Positions 58,991-64,000 of a stretch of 64,000 nucleotides of DNA are shown piece after piece (position 1 is the first letter of the stretch; each line of letters opens with the position of its first letter). Location: positions 352,001 through 416,000 of the forward strand of contig CAWEPK010000012.1 in NCBI GenBank assembly GCA_963810935.1, in the 5' to 3' direction. The stretch comes from an uncultured delta proteobacterium (GTDB lineage Bacteria > Desulfobacterota > Syntrophorhabdia > Syntrophorhabdales > WCHB1-27). The position numbers were made by a program, and so were the translations under genes. The notes under the pieces are model-generated. The model searched no databases. It was given only the letters and a program-made list of their open reading frames with translations, and was not told the origin of the DNA.

Positions 58991-60353
58991 ATGGCTTCCA
59001 TATTCAAGGCATACGACATAAGAGGGCATTACCCGGACGAAGTCAACGAGGAGGTCGCCTTCAGGATCGGGGCCGCCTACGCCAGGCTGCTGGAGGCGAA
59101 AAGGATAGTGATCGGCTACGACATGCGCCTTTCGTCGCCCACGCTGGCCGAGGCCTTCGTCGAGGGGGTCGCCTCTACGGGCGCATCCGTGACGGACATC
59201 GGCATGGTGACAACACCTCGAGCTCTATTTCGCCATCATAGACGGCGGATATGACGGCGGGGTGGCGGTCACCGCGTCGCACCTGCCGCAGGAGTCGAAC
59301 GGCTTCAAGCTGTGCAGGGAGAAGGCCATACCTCTCTCGGGCGACGCCGGGCTGCCGACGCTCGAAAAGATGGTCGCCGGGATGGGCGGGGCCACGGCCG
59401 GGCCGGTCGAGACGGGCCAGTGCATCCACAAGTCCGTGCTGCCCGCGTACATCGACCGGATCAAGAGCTTTGTCCACGAGCCCGCCCCCATCAAGATGGT
59501 GATCGACGCGGGCAACGGCGCCGTCGGACCGGAGGTGCTGCCCCTTACGCAGCTATTTCCCATGTGGGACGTGACGTCCATGTATATGGAGCCAGACGGC
59601 CGCTTCCCGCATCACGTGGCCAACCCGCTCGTCCTTAAGAATACGGAAGACCTGCGGGCGGAGGTGGTGCGGCAGAAGGCAGACATCGGCATCGCCTTCG
59701 ACGGGGACGCGGACAGGTGCGGCTTCGTGGACGAGAAGGGCGAAAAGATACCCGAAGACCTCGTGACTGCCCTGATAAGCCAGTTTTATCTCGCCAAGTC
59801 GCCGGGCGCGACTATCCTGTACGACCTGCGGTCGAGCCGCGCCGTGCCGGAGATCATAGAATCGCTTGGCGGGCACGCAGTCAGGACAAGGGTCGGCCAC
59901 GCATTCATCAAGGCCGGGATGAGAGAGAAAGACGCGATCTTCGCGGGCGAGCTTTCGGGCCATTTCTACTTCCGCGACGCAGGCTTTACGGACAACGCCC
60001 TGATGGCCATGGTGCAGATGCTCAACCTTCTGGCGCTCAAGCGCGTGCCCGTCTCCACCCTGATCGCGCCCCTGCGGAGATATTGCGCGACTGGCGAGAT
60101 CAACATGGAAGTCGCCCACAAGGATAAGATTTACAAGGCGTTGGAGAAGAAGTATGCGGACGGCACGCAGGACCACCTGGACGGGCTCTCGGTCGATTAC
60201 GACTCGTGGTGGTTTAACCTGCGGGCATCTAACACGGAGCCGCTGATACGGCTGAACCTGGAGGCGGCAAACGCGGATGAGATGGACGCCCGGAAGAACG
60301 AGGTGCTCAACGCCATACGCGAGGCAGACCCGCATATGGAATTGGAAGCTTAG
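58991..60353 (+). CDS. Phosphomannomutase/phosphoglucomutase, frameshift near 59218
   Basis: FKAYDIRG, TASH, FDGDADR, GELSGH, RASNTEP. Confidence 0.92.
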
Positions 60354-60363
60354 CTTGGACTAT

Positions 60364-60525
60364 GGCCGCGAGGTTTTCGACGGATTTCGCGTTGCTTTTC
60401 GAGGAAGCGAGCCGGAGCGTATAAAATAATAGCCGGGTACCCGCGCTCCGAGCTTGCTAGCGCGGGTGGCAAGTGAGGACTCGCGACCGAGAAAACGACG
60501 CGAAGGACGCGAAAGGATCGCGGCC
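60364..60525 (+). repeat. Structured repeat family 1, copy F, with 41-nt micro-hairpin insertion at 60432-60472
   Basis: CCGGAGCGTA..[GCCGGGTACCCGCGCT..AGCGCGGGTGGCAA]GTGAGGAC; arms match copy D. Confidence 0.85.
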
Positions 60526-60526
60526 C

Positions 60527-60871
60527 TTACCTTACCGGGTATGCGGCTATACAGACCCAGTAGGTGGTCTCAGAGGTATTGTTGACCAGCCGGTGGGGCT
60601 CGCCTGCAGGGATCCAGATCGCGTCCCCGGGCTTCACCTCTTTCTCCTCATCGCCCACCTTCATCAGCCCTCCGCCGGACAGGATGAAATAAATCTCCTC
60701 AACCTCATCGACGTGCTCCTCGATGGTATTGCCCGCGGGCAGCGCAGCCCAGGCAAAGAACTCCATCGACCGCAAGTGCTCTCTGGTAAGCACCATACGC
60801 GCAACACCGCCCCAGTGGGCCCTGTAGGTCGTGCCCCGCACTACCGGGTCGTCTATGTTCCGTATTAACAT
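60527..60871 (-). CDS. Cupin-2 domain protein
   Basis: HVDEVEEIYFILSG, PGDAIWIPAGEPH. Confidence 0.9.
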   Translation of the reverse strand: MLIRNIDDPVVRGTTYRAHWGGVARMVLTREHLRSMEFFAWAALPAGNTIEEHVDEVEEIYFILSGGGLMKVGDEEKEVKPGDAIWIPAGEPHRLVNNTSETTYWVCIAAYPVR

Positions 60872-61016
60872 GGCAGCATTATAGCACGGATGCGCAGCAT
60901 AACGAGTGAATAACCGGCAATACAGCCCGTCCGACGCCGCCGGGTCTATTGAAACCCGGCGTGTTCTGATATAATTGGATTATCATTGCGAGGGGGCAGA
61001 TTTAAAGGAGATGCAA

Positions 61017-61217
61017 ATGAAATCATCCGGAATGACGGCGGAGGTGTTCCTCACAGCCTTCAGGACACTAAAAAGAACGGAACAGGACGCCTTTTTTGGT
61101 GAAATGCTGAAAGACAGGCGCTTACGGGAAGACCTGATCGATATAGCAATCGCCGAGGAGCGTTCCCGGGACAAAGCCAAACCGTTCAGGCAAGTGCTTA
61201 AAGAGCACGGTGAGTAG
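61017..61217 (+). CDS. Putative antitoxin
   Basis: 66 aa, AAGGAG RBS, directly upstream of RelE, LREDLIDIAIAEER. Confidence 0.7.
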   Translation: MKSSGMTAEVFLTAFRTLKRTEQDAFFGEMLKDRRLREDLIDIAIAEERSRDKAKPFRQVLKEHGE

Positions 61218-61471
61218 TTGGAATACACCGTCTCGATAGCAGCGAGGGCGGAGAAAGAATTTTCCGCGCTCCCATCACCGGCCCGTAGCCGCATTGGTAG
61301 AAAGATACTTTCCCTCGAAGACAATCCGAGACCATTCGGCTCAGTAAAACTACGGCAGACAGAATACTATCGACTAAGAGTGGGGAGTACCGGATCGTCT
61401 ACTCGATCAATGACAAGAGCAACGTAGTTAAGGTCCTTTCCATAGCGCACCGTAAAGACGTTTATCGCTGA
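61218..61471 (+). CDS. RelE/ParE toxin, frameshift in G-run 61382-61385
   Basis: NPRPFGSVKL, YRLRVG(E)YRIVYSI..IAHRKDVYR after adding one G. Confidence 0.88.
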
Positions 61472-61565
61472 CCCGGCCGGCCGATCGGCCTCCGTCTGGC
61501 TCAACCCGTTCTATTCAAACCGGACCGATTTTGATATAATTGAATCATCACACAAGGGGGGCAGG

Positions 61566-61748
61566 ATGGAGAGAATAGTCAAAGTCCATATCGAGAAATT
61601 GCCCGAGGGCGTTTATCTCGCCACATCCGATGACATTCAGGGACTGGTAGCTCAAGGCAGGACGGTCTCCGAAACCATGGAAATCGCAAGGGACGTCACG
61701 CGGAAGCTGCAAGATGCGCAGACAACGGCATCCCCTGCCGGGCACTAG
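61566..61748 (+). CDS. HicB-like/DUF1902 antitoxin, no adjacent HicA
   Basis: LPEGVYLATSDDIQGLVAQGRTVSETMEIARDV. Confidence 0.8.
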   Translation: MERIVKVHIEKLPEGVYLATSDDIQGLVAQGRTVSETMEIARDVTRKLQDAQTTASPAGH

Positions 61749-61818
61749 TATCTACCCTTGTACGTTAACGTCCTCGAAGCGTCACTTGTGAACGCCCGGT
61801 TCGCGAGAAAGCAGGCCA

Positions 61819-62304
61819 ATGACCGACCAATGGATGTTTTACACCAGAGAAGCTATAACTCAAATAGAATTTGCCGAGCGATCCTGGACCGCATTTTTAG
61901 ATGCCGAAAAGGGTGGAGCGATATTCGATATTTTTCTGCATTTACAGCACTTTCTGAATCATGCTGCAATTGTTGGCAAGATATTGAACCGTTCCGACGA
62001 TAGTAGGCGTCAACAAGAAGCCTCGATCCATATTGACCTGTCTGGAATAGATTTAAAACCATTTCGCAAGCTCCGGAACCACCTGGAACATTTCGACGAA
62101 CGGCTAGACAAGTGGATATCCGAACATGGCTCAAGCGCTTTTTTCGATATGAATATCGTGACGGGGACAAGGGGCTTCCCTTCGAAAGCATTCTTACGCG
62201 CGATAGACGGGCACATCTACAAGTTCCATGGCGAAAACTACGACCTTGACCAACTTCATGCTATCCTTCTTGCTATCCGCGCAAGACTGCCGGACAAACG
62301 ATGA
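61819..62304 (+). CDS. Putative HEPN-domain protein
   Basis: Helical 161 aa with RNHLEH (Rx4H); low GC. Confidence 0.55.
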   Translation: MTDQWMFYTREAITQIEFAERSWTAFLDAEKGGAIFDIFLHLQHFLNHAAIVGKILNRSDDSRRQQEASIHIDLSGIDLKPFRKLRNHLEHFDERLDKWISEHGSSAFFDMNIVTGTRGFPSKAFLRAIDGHIYKFHGENYDLDQLHAILLAIRARLPDKR

Positions 62305-62981
62305 CCACTAGACAACACACAGCGTCGCACATGCCGATCGACGCTATCATATTCGACCTGGACGGCACGCTTGTCGATACCTCTCTCGACATCACCGCCG
62401 CCCTGAACTACGCCGTTGCCCCTTTCGGCATACCGCCCGTCTCCGTCGCTGAGACCATCACCCTCGTAGGCGAGGGCTCGAGGGCGCTCATTGAAAAGGT
62501 CCTCCGCGCCAAGGCGCCCGGCATGGACTTTTCCGCAGTCCTCAAGAACTTCATCGCATATTACAGCGACCACGTGGCCGACCACGCAGCGCCCTACCCC
62601 GGCGTCGCGGCAATGCTCGCGGCGCTGGCGCCGATAAAGAAGGCCATTGTCTCGAATAAGCAGGAGTCGTTCTCGGTCCGCCTCCTCGACGCCCTCGGCC
62701 TCCTCAAGCACTTCGATTATATCTCCGGCGGCGATACGGCATCCGAGAGAAAGCCGTCGCCCGTGCCCGTCCTGGAGGCCCTCACCCGCCTCGGAGCGGA
62801 ACCGCACGAAGCCCTGTTCGTCGGCGACAGCATCTTCGACATGACGGCGGCGAAGGCAGCGGGCGTACGCAGCGTCGCGGTCCTCTACGGCTTCGGTCCG
62901 AAGGGTTTTTCGCAAGGAGCCGACTACACGATCGACCGCATCGACGAGCTTGTCGATATCGTCAAAAAGCTGAACGGCTGA
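62301..62981 (+). CDS. gph: HAD phosphoglycolate phosphatase-like
   Basis: FDLDGTLVDT, SNK, KPSP, VGDSIFD; start may be 62331. Confidence 0.85.
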   Translation: MTTRQHTASHMPIDAIIFDLDGTLVDTSLDITAALNYAVAPFGIPPVSVAETITLVGEGSRALIEKVLRAKAPGMDFSAVLKNFIAYYSDHVADHAAPYPGVAAMLAALAPIKKAIVSNKQESFSVRLLDALGLLKHFDYISGGDTASERKPSPVPVLEALTRLGAEPHEALFVGDSIFDMTAAKAAGVRSVAVLYGFGPKGFSQGADYTIDRIDELVDIVKKLNG

Positions 62982-63024
62982 AGGTCGCGGTATCAACCCG
63001 CTCGCACCCTAATAAGGCAAGACA

Positions 63025-63060
63025 CCCCTCACCCTGCCCTCTCCCCCAAGGGGAGAGGGG
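63025..63060 (+). repeat. CCCTCACCC-type extragenic palindrome
   Basis: CCCCTCACCCTGCCCTCTCCCCCAAGGGGAGAGGGG. Confidence 0.6.
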
Positions 63061-63476
63061 AACAGAAAAAGGGGAGAGGTAAAAGGAAAAAGCAGTATCC
63101 CACATTGCTCCATCGTATAACCCGCCCTTACCGCCGCCCAACAAATCCGCAGCGTAGCTGCTCCGTTAGCGGCGGTCGCGGTCGGAGGAGCGCCGCTATC
63201 ATTGGGGCTCAGCGCCCCCTCGTTAGGAGGAGCATCATATTGAATGATACGTCGGAGGGCGCAAGGCGAGCAGGGCGCCGCATCCTTCATATCAGTTGAA
63301 AGTAGGTTTGCCGGGTGCCCGCACGGTAGAAAGCGTGTTGAAAAGGTGCCACTGTGCATGCGGGTGGTCCGCAGCAGGCGCGAGTCCAGCCGCCCGCAGT
63401 ACTCCGCAGTGGCTTTTTTTTGCTGTTAGCTTTTTATCCAAACGCGATCAGATTTACGGGCCTACGCCACCCGTCG

Positions 63477-64000
63477 CTACAGGCCCATGTACGCCGCCGG
63501 CGTCTCTGTCGCCGTCCGCATCACCGCCTTTGCATCGAACCCTGCCGCGATCAGGCGCGCCGCAGCATCGGCTACGGTCATCGACCCGCCGATGAGCCGC
63601 CCCCCTTTCATCGGCGCAGCTCCCTCTCCGCCCGGCGTAGTCACGCGCACCGAATCGGAGACTAGCATGAGGCGTCCGGGGCCCTTCATCCGGAAGAGTA
63701 TCTCCAACACCCTCGGATGTACGTGCGCAAGGTCGCCGATGAATTCGACGAAGACGTGCGGGTTGACGACGGCGAAGCCGGCAAGCCCCGGCTCTCTGTG
63801 GTGGAAGGAGCGCATGGCGTTAAACACATGGGTCACGCCCGATGCACCGGCATGGAAACCTGCTTCGGCCTCTGCGTAAGTCGCAGTGGAATGGCCCATG
63901 TTGACCCTGACGCCGCTTTCCGCCGCGAGCCTGATAAGCTGCCGCGCGCCGGGCAGCTCCGGGGCGACCGTGACTGTTCGCACGATGCGCTCGTAACCCT
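63477..64000 (-). CDS. nagA: N-acetylglucosamine-6-phosphate deacetylase (5' end outside window)
   Basis: TVAPE, GHSTATY, THVFNAM, HVHP, LVSD, GGSMT. Confidence 0.9.
   Translation of the reverse strand, partial: GYERIVRTVTVAPELPGARQLIRLAAESGVRVNMGHSTATYAEAEAGFHAGASGVTHVFNAMRSFHHREPGLAGFAVVNPHVFVEFIGDLAHVHPRVLEILFRMKGPGRLMLVSDSVRVTTPGGEGAAPMKGGRLIGGSMTVADAAARLIAAGFDAKAVMRTATETPAAYMGL

Noticed and set aside
1480..59220. Programmed ribosomal frameshifting or phase variation in split genes
   Set aside because: No slippery heptamers or long SSRs; too many unrelated housekeeping genes affected
60900..62304. Integron cassette array
   Set aside because: No RYYYAAC..GTTRRRY attC pairs recognised and no integrase
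63310..63400. Cobalamin riboswitch (GCCACTG, GGGTGC)
   Set aside because: Lacks the GGGAA..GGTG.AA.TCC and CCCGC.ACTGT core; lies between convergent genes

Overview
GC-rich bacterial chromosome segment. The gene content suggests an anaerobic Desulfobacterota/Syntrophorhabdus-like organism (inference). Core genes include trmFO-topA-dprA, rsmE, yhaM, rarA, dapL, a DUF39 homocysteine-synthesis protein, tldD, rsmA, tsaD, a ppiD/SurA-type chaperone, mreBCD-mrdA-rodA, trxB with a glutaredoxin, PMM/PGM, gph and nagA. Accessory blocks sit between them: Ku-LigD, an IS200 element, an RpoD paralog, a Liv-ABC/molybdoenzyme/MFS operon, TA/Abi/HEPN genes, a GT2-DedA-GT-C glycosylation module and an SPFH protein. 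Seven genes, several of them housekeeping, carry 1-bp frameshifts that are probably long-read errors. The most striking signal is non-coding. (1) Six copies of a 125-175 nt nested-hairpin repeat share an invariant GGAG/TGAGGA internal loop, show compensatory changes, and sometimes carry a nested ~40 nt micro-hairpin insert. (2) A second modular repeat family contains the motif ATTATTGGGG..CCCCCTC. (3) Three GTCAT..ATCCA REP-like dyads are present. (4) A 278-bp MITE with ISAs1-type ends folds into a near-complete rod directly upstream of ku. The window also holds a decayed rhodanese selenoprotein gene with an in-frame TGA and a SECIS-like hairpin, and a perfect sigma70 promoter followed by a leader terminator ahead of the RpoD paralog. 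No rRNA, tRNA or CRISPR array was recognised.
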